Assembly (NCBI GenBank): GCA_030704615.1 | Contig: CM060732.1 | Location: forward strand, 72,106,001 to 72,170,000 | Source of the DNA: Takakia lepidozioides | Lineage: Eukaryota; Plantae; Bryophyta | Direction: 5' to 3' | Length of the DNA stretch: 64,000 nt | Notes under the pieces: generated by a model | Told to the model about the DNA's origin: nothing | What the model saw: the letters and a program-made list of their open reading frames with translations, nothing else | Databases searched by the model: none | In this document: positions 1 through 14,559 of the stretch, piece by piece | How the letters are laid out: the number at the start of each line of letters is the position of its first letter | How positions within the stretch are numbered: the stretch's first letter is position 1 | Made by a program: the position numbers and the translations under genes

Positions 1-627
1 CTTAAGAATAAAAGTACAAAATAGACATCCAATGCCCATGGGCCCTTCCAGACTCTAGCTACCTTTCATTTCTTTTGAAACCCTAAAAATGCCCCTGGGT
101 GGGAACAATGTGGGATTTTACGGGCTTTTGAGCACACTTTCCAAGGAGAAGCTATGCTAGCAAATTTTGTAACCAATTTGTTTGCAGTGAATGATGATTT
201 GGTGGACGGGAATGCTCAAGTCACTTAGGATATCCCTGATATGTGTAGATGTCTTCCAAATCTCCACATTGAAAATGGGGATATTCCTGATCTCAATGTG
301 GTGGACGAGGTAGATGGAGAGATCATGAGGACTAGCAAGGATGATGAACATGATAACATTGTCGAGCCTATGCACGGGCCTTTCGAAGTTACATGGAGCT
401 CTCGCAAATAGATTGCAATTTGTAGGTGGTTTTGCTAGTCCTGAATCTATTCCGGAATGCGGCTCTAAGAGCATTCTAGTTGAAGTTATTTCCGCACGCA
501 TAATGGGCATTAGGCACTTTGGTCCCATGATTTCCCAATAATTAGGCCAAAATCTGAAAAATTCACAGAATTGATTAGGCACTTTCATTTTGAATTAATT
601 ATCGCCTAATCCGTTGTCTAGGGACGG
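1..627. mobile_element. Non-autonomous TIR DNA transposon (Tc1/mariner-pogo-like), copy 1, left part outside the window
   Basis: 1-627 aligns by eye with ~51055-51824. Ends in GCCTAATCCGTTGTCTAGGGACGG followed by TA (628-629), the same right TIR as copy 2. Confidence 0.75.
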
Positions 628-826
628 TATACTACAACCTAGAATAAATTTGATGTTCTTCTAAAAAAAAACCAAGTTTGCAATTATTGGAAGAAATCTA
701 ATAAAAATCCTCATATTGGCAAAAATGTCACACAATATAATATAATAAGGAAACATTTGGATGTTGCATGCAAAATATAATCCGAGATCATCACGGTAAT
801 TTTGGATCTGTCCATAGGGGGGGCTA

Positions 827-1144
827 TGTACCCCAATTCATTTGGCTAGTTTGGGAAGGTCAGGCAACCCGACACTGTGGGAAGAGCCAATCAGTGGGGG
901 CCGCCGGAGGCTTGGAGAGGAGGGAAATGGCTCGACAGGGTGTAGACACATGTACGCCTAGGCTAGCGAAGAAGTAGGAGGGTCGATAGGAGGGCGGTGG
1001 GCCCAAGCCATGCGCAGAAGACACCTGTACGCCCTCCCTCTACTTCTAGAGCTTTCCAGAAGAAGGGGATGAGGCAGTGGACCCCCTTCTAGAAGACTCC
1101 ACCACCGCCTCCAAAGCCTATATAATGAAGGTAAGGGGTATACA
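827..1144 (+). mobile_element. Possible LTR fragment or solo LTR
   Basis: Purine tract AGGGGGGG at 816-823 precedes TGTACCCC (827). Segment ends GGGGTATACA (1144), an imperfect TG..CA inverted terminus, and contains TATATAA. No partner LTR or TSD seen. Confidence 0.3.
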
Positions 1145-2295
1145 ATTTATTAGGTTCCTTCTGTGGGCTCTACAAGCAGGCCCCCTTAGAGAATAAAAAT
1201 GTGTGCCTATAGCGGGGGCAAAATTAGCGAAACTTCAATATTTTTGGCCCTACCTGTGCCAAACGACAACCAAATGAAATCGCTAACGAACCTTCAGTAA
1301 TTTTGACCCGTATGCACCCAAATAAAAGACACTACAGGTTTCACCGACGAAATTCAAGAGTTATACCAGAATTTCAAAAATAGATAGCTTGTGTGGAACA
1401 GTTTTGCAATTTGTGTGGCGTGAGCGCAAATCGTTTTGCAGTAACATCTTTAAAAAATATTCGAGGAACATATTGAGTTTTCATTTCTGAATGCATCAGC
1501 ACGCCTACATCGGCTCAAGCCTGGGCACCCTCATGTCACAATAGCAATTTCAACTCACATTTTATATACTGAATGTGACTTTGGTTGGGCTTCATATCGG
1601 CCGTAGACCCCAGGATCACCCATGGGGTCCCAGTAACTCAATTCTTTGGTTGCCTAGCTAACCATAGCTTTGGCACCGGTGAAGATAACTCCTAGCCCTC
1701 CATATGTAGTCCCAAGTGTTCATTATCTCTTTGTACTTTAGTACCGCCCCCTTTGGCATAATCGTTGTCAATGGCTATGAATGACCATCCAATAAGTGGT
1801 TAGGACGTTAGGACTTAGGACACAAGGCCACCTTACAAGTGGCTGTAAATTCAAAGTAATGTGGGTGTATGCTGAATATCACCCCTTATAGCCAACCCAG
1901 AACCGGTTAGGTGTTTGGGGTCCTTCAAGACCTTGGGGAAGGTTTCACCAACCAAGAAATGACACCATAAGTTATAATCTCTACTTTGGTAGGAGTCTTC
2001 TGCTTTACCTTTACCTATGCACAGCTCATCTTAACAGCCAATCTCAGACTGCCAAGCACAACCTTCTCCATGCTCCCTTGGCCTTCCGACCCCCTCAGGA
2101 AGTTCTCTCCTTCTCAAACCCATATTTCTGTTTTGTTGCCTTTGCTATGATGACATTGAACAGCTTGTGCACGTAGAGTTAGTAACAATAATACTGCGGA
2201 ACTATATTACACAAACGTCATGATTAATCAAACTCCACAAACATAATCACAAAAAACTTTAGTGTTTTCACAAGCCCAATAGCAAATGTGATTAT

Positions 2296-2385
2296 GTTTT
2301 TTTTTTTGACAAATAGGGGACAGAGGCCTGATGGAAACTTTATTTGGAATTATTTGGGGGAAAATATTAAACCCCCTATTACACC
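2296..2385 (-). repeat. Dispersed LINE 3'-tail fragment
   Basis: Poly(T) followed by (A)GGGGACAGAGGCC.. recurs at ~9440 and ~43020. A similar reverse-complement tail precedes poly(A) at ~42420-42487 and ~63650-63755. Confidence 0.5.
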
Positions 2386-2789
2386 TTAATAGTCATATGG
2401 CTGGTTTTTCCTGAATCCGGTATGATATTATTAGCGATAATTGTCTCCATATGCAGGTGTTTCCATATACGTCGGATGAAAACCCGTTTTGGATGAAGTG
2501 TTGGATGACACATAGCCATATCGACATATTAAGTAAGATAATGTCCATCCGTTGAAGCAATCTCAAATAATCCTCGGAGCAAACTCCCTCCTCTTGATAA
2601 TGCTCCTCCACATTGACATTATCTAATACATAAAGCCTCTCATTTTTTAATAATTGGGACTTGAATGCACCTATGGGCCCGCCAATGCGGCCCATGGGTG
2701 AGTTCATGAACCCACCCCCTTTCACTGGGTTTAGATTCTGAATTTTTTCTAAGTCCTAGTTCTTTGGGACAGACCTTTCTAGCTGGTCA

Positions 2790-2921
2790 AACCCTCAACA
2801 GACTGACTCCAACTGGCGAACGGACTGACCAAGAACCCTCAACAGACTGACTCCAACAGGCGAACGGACTGACCAAGAACCCTCAACAGACTGACTCCAA
2901 CGGGTGAGCGGACTGACCAAG
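2790..2921. repeat. 44-bp tandem repeat x3
   Basis: AACCCTCAACAGACTGACTCCAACNGGYGARCGGACTGACCAAG units start at 2790, 2834 and 2878, head-to-tail with no spacers. Confidence 0.9.
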
Positions 2922-4301
2922 AACCAAGAAACACACATTACCGCCACAATGTCACCGGGATTTGATCAACAGACCTCAAGTTCATCACAAGTTGTACTTT
3001 ACCATCACACTAGCCGCTACTGTCTACAAACACCTGCAATAATTAATTATTTATCTACATATATCTTCAGGTGTTTTGTGGGCCAAACGACTTGCTCTCC
3101 TCTAGCTTCCCTCCGCGGCCCACCCAAGCAGACCGACCCCACCCGGTAGGGGTCAGCCCAACCTGCGTAACCCCATGTGCCACCCGCGGCCCGTCACAAC
3201 CACACGTGCCCGCATTCAAGTCCCAATTATCAAACAATGAGAAGCATACATAAGGCACACACACTCTGATCGGTGAAGAAGCGAACTTGAGCCCTTGTTA
3301 AGGGATGAAGGCCATACTGGGGGAGAGTCCCAAAATACTACAGCACACCTAAAAGTGCCTATACTAAACGTCTTAACCCTATAAAATGTGATTTATTCAT
3401 GATTATGATAAATTATTCATGATTCATGATTTATTCATGATTTATTTAAAAATCAGTAGAATACTCCTTAGGTGTTGAAAAGACCATGTATGTAGTTAAA
3501 CCAGCTACAATATTTTAAATTTTTGTTTTGCGTGCACCAGAGATGTGATAGTGCAATATTTATCAAATCCAAAGTCACGAGAACGGATCGAGGGACCGTT
3601 GGACCGCAACCGTCAGGTCCTCTAGTAATGTTGGTGACTGTGCCAGAAAGCTCAACCGTGGCTGATCGACGACTTCCATGTAAAATATGGGTACGAGGCC
3701 AAGTGGAAAAAGTCAAGTGGAACTTTTGGGAGTACACAGCAGTGGGATGGGCCTGCAGACCGGCAGCGAGTCATTAGCCCAGTCTCCGTTTGTCGTCAGC
3801 TCCATGGAATGCTGTAGCACAGAGTTGCCTCGTCATAAGATGACAGTCTGACCCGCGCACTCTCCAGCCTCCATCTCTTAGAGTTTCAACAGAAGAAGCA
3901 CTTGGGTTTTCATTCTACATAATTTGCCTTGAGATGTGAAACCAAAATCTGGGTCAGACCCCTTGTACTAGCCTCTAATCACTGCAATTGACGTTTTCAA
4001 GGTCCTCCTTTGGGTATTACAAATGCCAGAGCCAGCCACGACTGGGCCTATCCTTGTACTGTTCTTGGCCATCAAACCCTTCTGTTAGACTAAATGCACA
4101 GCGTCAAATTGATTCGCTACTGTGATGTCTCTGGGCGCACCCTACTCTAGGTTCTAAGATCTAAAAACTCTACTTTGTCGGTTAGGTGTTGCTGGGTGGA
4201 AGCCCTGCTCTAGCTCGATCATCTCGTGCCACAGTCTGTACAGGAGCCCGAATGACGTCCATGCTTCGACCCAGGACTACAGTTATCAGGACTGAGTGTT
4301 G

Positions 4302-6781
4302 TCACCAAGCCTCAACCCTATCGTTCTGTTGGTCGATTGTGTTGACCAAGCGACCCCCCTTATTAGCCTTCCCCTTGCTGGTGGTACGCCTGGGGGGAAC
4401 CTGGACCACATACTGATCGTCACTTTGGGAACTGTGACGGTCATGACCGTTGAGGAGAGCGCCACCACAGTCTGGCTCGTCAGCATCAGGCATTTGGGGC
4501 GATGCGGGTGGTTGAGGTTCCAAATCTGCATCCTGGCGGTCCCGAATTGTGCGCAGTATAAGAGTCTTGAGCAAGTTCATGACTTGCACAGCGTGCATCA
4601 GGGCTGTCAGTGGGTCGGCCATCTGAGGCAACATGCACAACCAAATCACACTATAGTCTCGCGCATCGAGATAGAAATACATCAACATGATGGATGACTC
4701 ATTTGAGTAAAATATGTGTGTGGAAAATTTAGCCGGCAGACTAAAGTCATTGGTTTCTGAGGTCGCTCCCAGGTGTTTCCTTAAAAAAAAAATTTAACAA
4801 AACAAAGTCATTGGAAGATGGAACTGAATAATTACCTGTGTCATGTTCGGAGCAAAGACCATAGCAATATTACGAGCGTTCATCTTGTTGAGGGGCTCCT
4901 CTAGTACTACATCAGCCATCAAATTAATGGCCCAGTCTAGCAGTGCAGCTTGTGTGGATGGCAACTGCTTAACAAGGGCTACACTCTCTTCCTCGGTGTG
5001 GCACGACAATACTTGTTCTGGGGTCAATTCGTCCAGCACTCCCGATGGAAGCTCCCGAAACCAGGCCTGCAACAACACCAGATCAGAGATTCAACATCTC
5101 TAGATCGTCTCACATCACAAAGCTCACTAATTCAAGTGGGGGCTAATGACCAGCGCTCTCTCAAGTATGAACTTAGTACAGACGATCGAGCTGCAGAGCT
5201 CATGATTTACATTTTTAAAAATCTACAATCATCACCTTCCCTGCTTCTCAATAAAACGATGTCTTGGTAGCTTAGCAGGGGTAAGAAAAGGAACCTTGAT
5301 GAGACCAGAGAGACAATGGACGTCTATATCTGCTGGCACAACGCCCTTGTTGAGTTGCTCCCTCACATGTTCTTCATGGCTATTCTCAGGATTTATCCTG
5401 AAAATCCCCTCAGCCTGCAGAAAGCACAGACAATTTTAAGTGATGCTTGAATTCAACCAAGCAGAGTAACGTTTCTTCTTCTAACCCAAAGGCAGAGCGA
5501 CTGGTCTAGAAACGTAATATGTAAAATCAGCATACATTCTGATATGAGAAAGGCGGACATATACCCAGGGCAAGACCCTCCCTTCAAGATTCCTGAGCTG
5601 GGAGTTTCCTCCAACCCCAGACGAGGGTCCAAACAGTGGTTCATCGATAATCTTAGAGAGCTAAGAGGTTCTAAAAAATTGTTCCCGAAAACAAGAGGGG
5701 AGGGGAAAAAAATGTTGGTTACCTTCAATCCTCCTTGCTTGTAAAGTCGTTCCTGCATAAGGAGGAGGATGGTGGGAACACTATTGCCCTTGGCATCGAA
5801 GGAACATTGCATTGACTCTGCCGACACTCCAAAGACATTTTGGCTGCAGCGGCCACCATCCAAGACAACCCCCGTCAGTATCTTCAGAGGGTAAATACCA
5901 GCTCTCAAGTTCACGTCGTCCAGTTACGACACAGTAGAAGGTATGTCCATGTTGAAAGACACGTACGTTGGGAGACGGAAGAAGGAATATATTCCAACTT
6001 ATCCACCTGAAGTCTACAACGACAAATCAGTGCTAACAGCAGCTGCAAGGGGTTGATATTTGCAGAAAGAGCTCTTAGATGCAATATACGAGTTGTAAGC
6101 CACATTTGAGCGAGCTTTATTCATGGAAGAAACTGTGCACTCCTGCATCCCCACTGCAGTTCCCCCTGTATATTCCTTCTAATACGCGTCAACACACTTC
6201 CAGGTCATCATGCAGAAAGCAGCTCTACTCTGCCATCTCCAAAAACATCAGGACGCAAATGTTGGTGAAAGGGGAAGGGAAATAGCAAACCTGGCACTAG
6301 GGGTGGGTCGGGGAACCTCGACCTCAAACTCTTCGGGCAGGCCAAGAAATCCATTATAGCGATCGAAAGTGACATGGGCAACGTGCTCAACGTCGGTCGG
6401 CCACCCAATATCCATTTGATTTTCCTCCTGTCCTGCCTGACACGTCAAGAGTGAGCGCCGCACTGTGGCCAGCAAGAGTGCAACCATAGAAATCTGTGCC
6501 TCATCTCGATGCCTGTAGGATCCTGGTTCTCCCCACCTTCCGCGGGTGATTCGGTACTCGGGTCCTGTCGTGCTTAGGCATTCTTTCCTGTTTCCCCGTG
6601 AGCAAGCATCTTCATCATCGTTACTTGCTACATGGATGAGAGGGGAGGCTGGGTTTCCACTGTAGCCACCTTCGGTATCCGTGTCGGTCAGGTAATGCAA
6701 GGAGCTGATGTATTCTTCGGACTCGTTACTCTCCGACACATAACGCACTGAATGCCGTGTCGTAGGGAGAACCGCAGTCAT
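4302..6781 (-). CDS. RopGAP: CRIB-domain Rho GTPase-activating protein (RopGAP); exons 6781-6291, 5843-5723, 5414-5295, 5066-4836, 4622-4302
   Basis: CRIB motif MDIGWPTDVEHVAHVTFDRYNGFLGLP; FGVSAESMQCSFD; AEGIFRI (arginine finger); AWFRELP; NKMNARNIAMVFAPNMTQ/MADPLTALMHAVQVMN; C-terminus RVEAW*. GT..AG junctions join in frame. The start codon is the most likely ATG but is not proven. Confidence 0.93.
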
Positions 6782-8764
6782 GTTTGTATGTTGAAACGAT
6801 ATAGGTCTGACCAGCGCACGGATGGGTACTGATTCCACTTTCACTTCCCGGCGTCGAGTTCTCTACTGATTTTCTCAAATGTCTACACTCCTCAAATTCG
6901 CTGTCATATCATGGGCCCTTCCTGTCTACAAGTAAACAGACATAATCATTCCTTCAGAACAGATGTACCCGCCAGCAGATAAGAGATGAAGCTCTCTCTC
7001 TCAAATATGGTCATTGACCGGTATCTCACCTCAAGGTTGTACCTGGCCTATTAGGGGCAGTAACTGTTAGTCCGGCATTCATAAGAGTAACTGTGGTTCT
7101 TTCAATCGCGGGATTTCCTTAAAATGCGAGGAGAGCTCTAGAGCTGTGAGAACTATCTCAAAATTATCTTGTTGTCTCCCGTTTTTAGGATTGTACAGAC
7201 GAGTTAATTGACTCTATGTAGAAAGAAGGCCGAAACAACAAATCACAAACAAGACGTCGAGCATTGACGGTGACACCTTGAGGTCTAAATTGCGCTCAGT
7301 GATCCACTCCTGTTTGCTGAATCTCAAGTCTGAGCTCCCTCTCGTGCTGAAATTATGAACACGGGAAAGGCTAGGAGCGAGGCTAGGAGACTCACCCGCT
7401 GCAGCGTAGATAGGAGGGAGACAGGAGTCTTGCACCCGTGCGGCTCCACCAACAGTCTCTTACCACAAGTCTACAAGTCCTAATTTCCTGCACTTCGCCC
7501 CTTGCGAAGTGTGGCCTGCCTTTCACACCAACAGGCAATGATGTGGACGGTCTGAACGTCCATAGAAGAGATACCTCAGACGAAAATCACGACCTCGCAC
7601 GAGATCGAAGAGGTGCAAGCTCCCAACTGAGATCGAGGAAAACTGAGCACGAAGGAGAAGATTATGCAACCTGATACAGCCACAAAAATATGCCAGAGAG
7701 ATGACGAGCCTCTAATCTCCAGCACACTAACTAAGAAACATAAAGCTCTCTCCCCTCACAGCTATAGTCTGTACACCTCTGGCGGGCCCCAGTCCAGCGA
7801 TTGAGAAAGAAAGATATAGAGAACGCCAGATCATGCCACACACCGCATAAAAACGAGTGCTGAAAGAGAGCGAGCTGCGGAGAGGAAGCGATGCCGGCAA
7901 CACACTTTGTACACGACACACTCTCGCTCCTCCCTCCACTATTCCCCCTCTCTTCCCGCTCCGCCATCGCCCCGGCCCCACATCGTCGCTCTTGCCAGCC
8001 AAGAACAACACTCCCCAAGATTCTCGTCGCGGCCAAGAACATGCATCGTGCCCTCCAACAACCCCCACGATGGATGACCCCCCTCGTCATCCACCCCGTT
8101 GGCGCCAATAATGGATGTAAACCGGGCTTTATCAACGAAAAACATTATCCATCCCCTAGTACTAGCCCATACTTATGATTTCTGGTGCGCGATCTACTGT
8201 GATTTTCGGATCGCACCATGCCATGCCATGCCATGTATGCTCGACAAAAACAGGCGCCGCCGAAACCGCATTGGGTGTGACCGGATTCCACCGGTTTCAG
8301 CATGACGTCAGGTGAAGTTCACCGGCTGAAACCAGTCCGAAACCATAAGTAAGCTTCTGGTTTGGGGTTTAATGGGGAGTCAGAGGGACGAAGATCACAC
8401 CTGCCAGTCGCCTGCTTTATTGGCAACGGTACTGTTCCACCCACAATTAGAAACTACTATTCACCTAGAATAAAGTGAAAAAACTATCGTGACGGAAAAT
8501 AGCCGACCAGTAATTTTATTTTATTCTGAAAAAGGCATAGGCTCAAATGTATTGAAGAGCAAGGAAAAAATAACCATGTCCATCCCCAATAGAAAGCGCA
8601 TCGCACCTTTGGATGCAAAGTATTGCCGATTTATAGGGTCCCAAATCCTGGCTGGGGCTGTTCCTGAAGGTCAAAAAAAGGGAGAGCATTGGAGCGGCCA
8701 ATGGGGAGGGAGGGCACGGATGTTGTGGAAGGCCAAAAGGTGAACAAAGGGGTACGAGCTGAAC

Positions 8765-8856
8765 GGACAATTGTTGCATTCTTTGTTTACGACGATGAAC
8801 AATTGTTGCATTCTTTGTTTACGGACGACGATGAACAATTGTTGCATTCTTTGTTT
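8765..8856. repeat. Short tandem repeat (ACAATTGTTGCATTCTTTGTTT core x3)
   Basis: Core motif occurs three times, separated by (G)ACGACGATGA. Confidence 0.8.
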
Positions 8857-10074
8857 GGAGTAGCGGACGATGGAGGCTCCCATTTGTGGGACAAGTTTGT
8901 TGGAGAGAGGGTCCCTGTAAAAATGGGATGGAGAGGGTGAATATTCAAATATCCCGCCAACTGACAGCCATTTTCGGCCTACGTGCGCCTGTGCCCTTTC
9001 ATATGTGTCAGACTATCGCCACTCCGGTTTTACTGCATCCCCCGGAATAGCCAGACTTTCGCCTCGGATGAACGTATGTCAGCCGGATGGATGATGCAAT
9101 CTTCTCGTTGTCTCGCCTGATAAGTTAAACAGGGGGCGACCTCCAGGTGTCGCCAGGTACGCCTCTCAGGGGGCCCAGTCCGACGGAACGGTAATAAGGC
9201 TCGACAAACTGCAACTTTTTCCACAGACTCGGCGCCGTTTGCAGGGATATAAGCGAATGAGTATCTCATGATAGTTCGATATGATGATCTCTGGTTTTTC
9301 TTTCATTGTTTTCGATTACTGAAACTGGGACGTTTCTTTTTCTTAACATTAGATTTAGATTTGTAGAGTAAATGATCTTTGGTCCATTCTCTTTTGTCAT
9401 TAAATATAGATTTGTAGGATAAATAATTTTGTTTTCTGATTTTTTTAAGAACAGGGGACAGAGGCCCTGGATATTTATTCATTTATTTGGAACAATTCCG
9501 TTTTCAAAATGATGAATACTTTTATTATTTAGAAATGAATTTAAAAACAAAAAACAGCAAAACGTGTTTGAAGGAGGTTTATAGATTTGACGATGAAGGG
9601 TAGGACGCCACACGTGGCTCGGTGAACGACGCCGTTGTCATGGAACATGCCATGTGGCAACCTTGAAGTAGGCTAATGAGAGGCTGGCATGGCCCGCCTT
9701 CATGCCCCATGCATGCACCTACGTGGGTCATGCATAATGCCTATACCAAATTTTCCCATTATTATGAAGGAAAGAACACCGAACCCCATATGAAATCAAT
9801 ACATTGCGATGCTTTGGTGACCAGGCTTGTTTGGACATTAACTCCGATGCCGCAAACATGACCACGTCGCTATGTAGTAATACCTAGTCGGTCTCACTAG
9901 ATCCCTGAAGTCGGAGCGGAAGGAGCTTAATATCTTGTTGTACACCACACAATAAAATTCCGCAGCTCTTGTGCACAAGGAAAAACAAATTGGAACATGA
10001 GTCATGCCACATGCAGCATGAACCGCTGGGATTGGGATTGGACAAATAAATTCAATGTGCTGTGTTCCGCAAAA

Positions 10075-10280
10075 GCAATAGGATACATTCGTGCGCATGA
10101 TAAGGTTGAGGTAACCAAGTCCAAAACCAATAGGATATATTTCGTGCGCATGATAAGGTTGAGGTAACGAAGTGCAAAACCAATAGGATATATTCGTGCG
10201 CATGATAAGGTTGAGGTAACGAAGTGGAAAAGCAATAGGATATATTTTCGTGTGCACGATGAGGTTGAGGTAACGGAGTG
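10075..10280. repeat. ~53-55-bp tandem repeat x~4
   Basis: CAATAGGATATATTCGTGCGCATGATAAGGTTGAGGTAACGAAGTG units, head-to-tail, slightly variable. Confidence 0.85.
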
Positions 10281-13200
10281 GATATCTTGCACACAACAAC
10301 ATTGTGGGTCCAGAACATTCATTTGTAACCTTACCTTCAAGTATTGTCCATCAATGCACACTTCATTCCGTTTTGCATCTCGCATAACGGTTGGCATTGA
10401 CGGTTTACCGACTGGAATCTCATGGATCCAACCAACTCAATATCTGCAACCATAATCTGCCAAGTAGCAAGATTATTTTTGCAACTTTTTTGTCCTTTTT
10501 CAAAATCTCCCTAGAAACATTGTTTATCCATAAACTGTTGAAATAATTATAAGTTTTTTATTTTATTTTATTTGAAGGAGATGAAGCCCGAATAAGTTCT
10601 TTTGTCAAAAAACGGTATGAATAGTTAAATAGCTTTAATTTATAACAGATTTTGTTTTGTTTTTTATAACATATTTATTGTTAACTAGGGATATAAATAC
10701 CCAGTCAAATCCCATTCGTTAAATAATGAGGTAGAATTCGTCAAACAACAAAGTCAAGGAACCATGTACGCATGGCCATCATGGCCCCATGAACTGATCC
10801 GCATCATCCGCAATTCCGCAAGCCTGCGCATAATTTTCACTATATAATATGTAATGTACATATTCTGGCGAGGCTAAATACAGAGCGATATGCCAGAGAC
10901 GTTGAGTGGCAAAACGAATCTTGTTGTCAGCATTACGTGGACGATTCATTTACATAATTATATATTACGATGGCAATTCATGATTGGCCCCAACTAGTGA
11001 GGCCCCTAAGAGGCTAGAGTAGCGGGCCTGCCAAAATGGTTAACCGGCACCTAAAGTCAAACTGGCGTCAGCTCGTACCGGACCGCAGTTAGTATAAGTA
11101 CGCCTCGTACTTTTCTGGGCTTATTGTAATAACTAGTAACATGAAAGTACCGCTATCTGGTCATCGATGTGGATGAATATCATCCAGGTAGAGTGATTTT
11201 GAATGGCAGCCTATCAACGGCACTGTATTTCACTCAATTACCTGGCGAGAACTTAATTAGGGTGCAGGGTCGCCATTAATCCACCTTACCATAAGCCAGG
11301 CTTTTCTGGGGCTGCCTGCTGCAGTTTCGCCAGATTTTGCCACAATATTTTGCTGGATTCAAGGCTCCCTTCCCAAGGCAAGGCTGCCTCAGACGAAGTC
11401 AGCGATGGTATTTACACCGTCAGATTAGTTTGAAATATTTCAAACGGACAGATTTTTATTTTTATTTTTATTTTTTAACAGGGGTTGTAGATGCATTAAA
11501 AGGAGCATGCCAGGGAAAGTAACCATGCGGAGTCAGAAAGGAATAGTAATATTTGTATTTTACCAGAGGGAAATTCCACACTTTCAACCCCTAACGATCA
11601 ATCAATGGAAAGTATACTTATATCTACTTCATTCATTAAACATCCAACAAATGCACCAACTAGTCAGCATAGTCGGTTGTTCTGATTGTTGCGTGATTGA
11701 GATTTTCGCCATCACACCCTGTGCCTATCTTTAATATATCTGTCATTCATTCATTGGAAAAAATAATAGCCTCCTTTAATATCAGGTATTTATTTTCAAT
11801 CTAATTATTCAACTTTTTGAAAAAAAACAAACTCCTTCGAAATCAGGTATTTATTTATCCAATTTATTTACTCAACCCTTTGGGAGAAAAAAGAAATTCC
11901 TCCTCCTTTCACTAGGATCCCATCTTACTGGGCTTCAGGTATTTTAGCTACCAAACTAGCATAGTCCCAGGTTCAATTCTAGGAACGTGTTGGCGCGGCC
12001 CCCCAAATGGATCACGCAACGGATATATTTGTCTTTAGGAACGAGTCAATGGAAATAAAATAATAGTCGACGGTCAAGTTTGACTGTTCCTTAATGAGCC
12101 AAAAAGAATTCCAAGCCTTGCCCATGTGGGCCAAGGACGGAATAAAGGCAGTTAATAAATTGTCGAGGATGAGGGGGTCCGAAAGCGAGGATTTGATTGA
12201 GAATGTAAATAATGATTAGTATGTCCGTTTCAATCCAACGCACATTCCTCTATTATGTCCCTTAATTAGGCTTGTCCTTTGTCCCTACCCACCATCTTAT
12301 TATCTACCACGCACCGCTTTCATCCACTACATCCATATATGTACACTCTACCACACATGAGTCTGGGTACATATAAATCAAACCATTCATCCAGGACATC
12401 CTTATGGAAGCTTCTAGACCAAACTGCGCTGTAATACGGGTGGATCACTTGAGGCGGTACTGGATATATGAAATACATGTTTTTTGGAACTGGTCCTATT
12501 ATCACCAATACATTCCAATATGGAGGCAAATAATGAGTATATATATTTGGTTTAAATTACAGAACTGCCCAGTCAAATTTGGGGGATAAGTTGGCCCTCT
12601 AGCAGTCTCTTTTTTTTTTCTTTTTGCAGGTTTCCTTCAAAACAATTTGCTCCAAGCCAGATCACAACCGAACATCTACATAACATTTCTTTTGGGGGAG
12701 TTTTCACGAAACGGCTCCCTGTGTTTTTGGCTCCCACGGAGTCAGTAAAGGAAAATGAAGGCCTTTATTTTCAGTTTTTCGCCAAAACAGGAGGATGGAT
12801 GAGAGGTTTGTCGACAGATTGTATGAGTGCCATCGTGGACCTGTTAAAAAATTCCACCTGTCAGATAGCAACCTTTCAAGAGGTGCTAGCTTTAAAAAAA
12901 TTAAAAAATAATAATAATTTTAAACCCCACCCAAAAAAATAAAATAAAATAAACTCAACAGAAGAACAACAACGCCGATCTACCTGCTTGGAAATCCTGG
13001 CTAAATAACTTGTGAGTCAGAGAGACATCCGCCCGCCCTTCTCTATTCGACATTTGGCACAGCCTGCCTCGAAATCCGACCAGGGCTGACCAGGGCTGCT
13101 GCTACAGGGAGGCAACTGCTGCTGCAAACTGGCACGCCGCTTCAATGCATTTTCGTTCAACTTACACATCTGCAGAGAGAGAGTAGAAAATATAGAAAAA

Positions 13201-14559
13201 GCAGATACAGTAGCCATCACTGTTGTTCTGGATTGCTCAGACACTATCATAAACTTTAACGATTTTGTGAGAGCCTACCGGCTGGGGTTGGAATTGTGTG
13301 AGCACAGCGGCAGCAACTTATAGGGGTATGTATTATGTTTGCAACTGGAAATACAAAGCAAAAGTGGAGGGGCATTGCATGAATAGGTCAATTACATGTC
13401 TATGATGAATGTGTTATACATACTAATGTGGCCTGCCATGCCGTTGAGCACATTGTATATTCCGTAAAGCACTGCCAAAATAATTTGTTTGTATTTATCG
13501 TGCCGTTAAAAAGCAGAATTCATGGGGGTGCATTCCACCTGGCGGAATGCACCCCATCAGCTTCCTCGAGTGCATTCCGAAATGCAGAATGCACCGGCCA
13601 TTAGATTCTTTTTTAAATCTTTTGGCATTTCTTTACGCAGGGTAATACCTCACGTGTCGGGCATTCCCGGATTTTCGGGCCTTCCCCTCGGGCTACCGCC
13701 CTCAGCGTCGGGCCCTTAAATCCGGGAATGCCCTCCACTCAAGGCATTATCCTATACAGAAAAATCCAATTTGCTATTTCTCATGAATTTTCACTGACAA
13801 AAACTAATACATGTGATAGCAATGTGAGCTCCGCAGTTTGCAGAGGGGCGCTCCAACGGTCTCTTCATCTCTCTCATTCGTTCAGTCTCCAGATGCCTGC
13901 TCTGATTAGCCTTTTAGTCTTGATTACATCTTATTTCTAATCGTCCGTCTAAAAGCTTCAAATTGATAGCCTTATCTCTTTACATTTACACTGGAATCGA
14001 GTTTTCCAAACTTTCAAAAGATTACTTTGGTTTTTTTTTCATCCCTTCCCCTCTCTCTTCTCTTATTCATTAGCTTGGCTGGCTCGTTTTACCGCCACCT
14101 TTGTGGTCTTGTGATCTCTCCTCATCGCTGTAGTATTTCTCATTTTCCTTCATCTAGGCGTTCGCTACTGCGGTTCACGTCGTTTTCCCTGTGTCTTCAT
14201 TCAACCCGCTCTTTTGCAACTTCACTTTGAATTTCGTTGTGGCGTGCTGCAGTGTTTCTCCGCGACCTACTTCCACTATTAATTCAAAGGCCACAGGAAC
14301 GAGACGGATTGGACAGCCGAATTATCATCCTTCTTCTGCACTGCTTCAGATGACCCCTATCTTGCTTCCGATGAACTGGAAGAAGAGGCAAGGACCTGGA
14401 CACCATTGATGTAGTCACGCGCTCTTTGAACCTCCATTCTGCGATTTTCTTCTTCAATTTCCGAATCTGAAAGAGCTCCCAGGAGCTGGAAACCAGTATC
14501 TTGGTTTCATATCTAGAGCCTATGACCACCCCATGGAGCTCAGAGTGATGATTCGTATG

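Noticed and set aside
7214-8305. Overlapping short ORFs upstream of RopGAP
   Set aside because: No recognisable domains; composition fits a GC-rich 5'UTR and promoter region.
2790-10280. Tandem repeats at 2790, 8765 and 10075 (and 23625) as CRISPR arrays
   Set aside because: Head-to-tail units with no unique spacers, no cas genes, eukaryotic context.
11910-12000. Third SINE or tRNA (GGTTCAATTC B-box-like)
   Set aside because: No clear A box, TSD or similarity to the two SINE copies.
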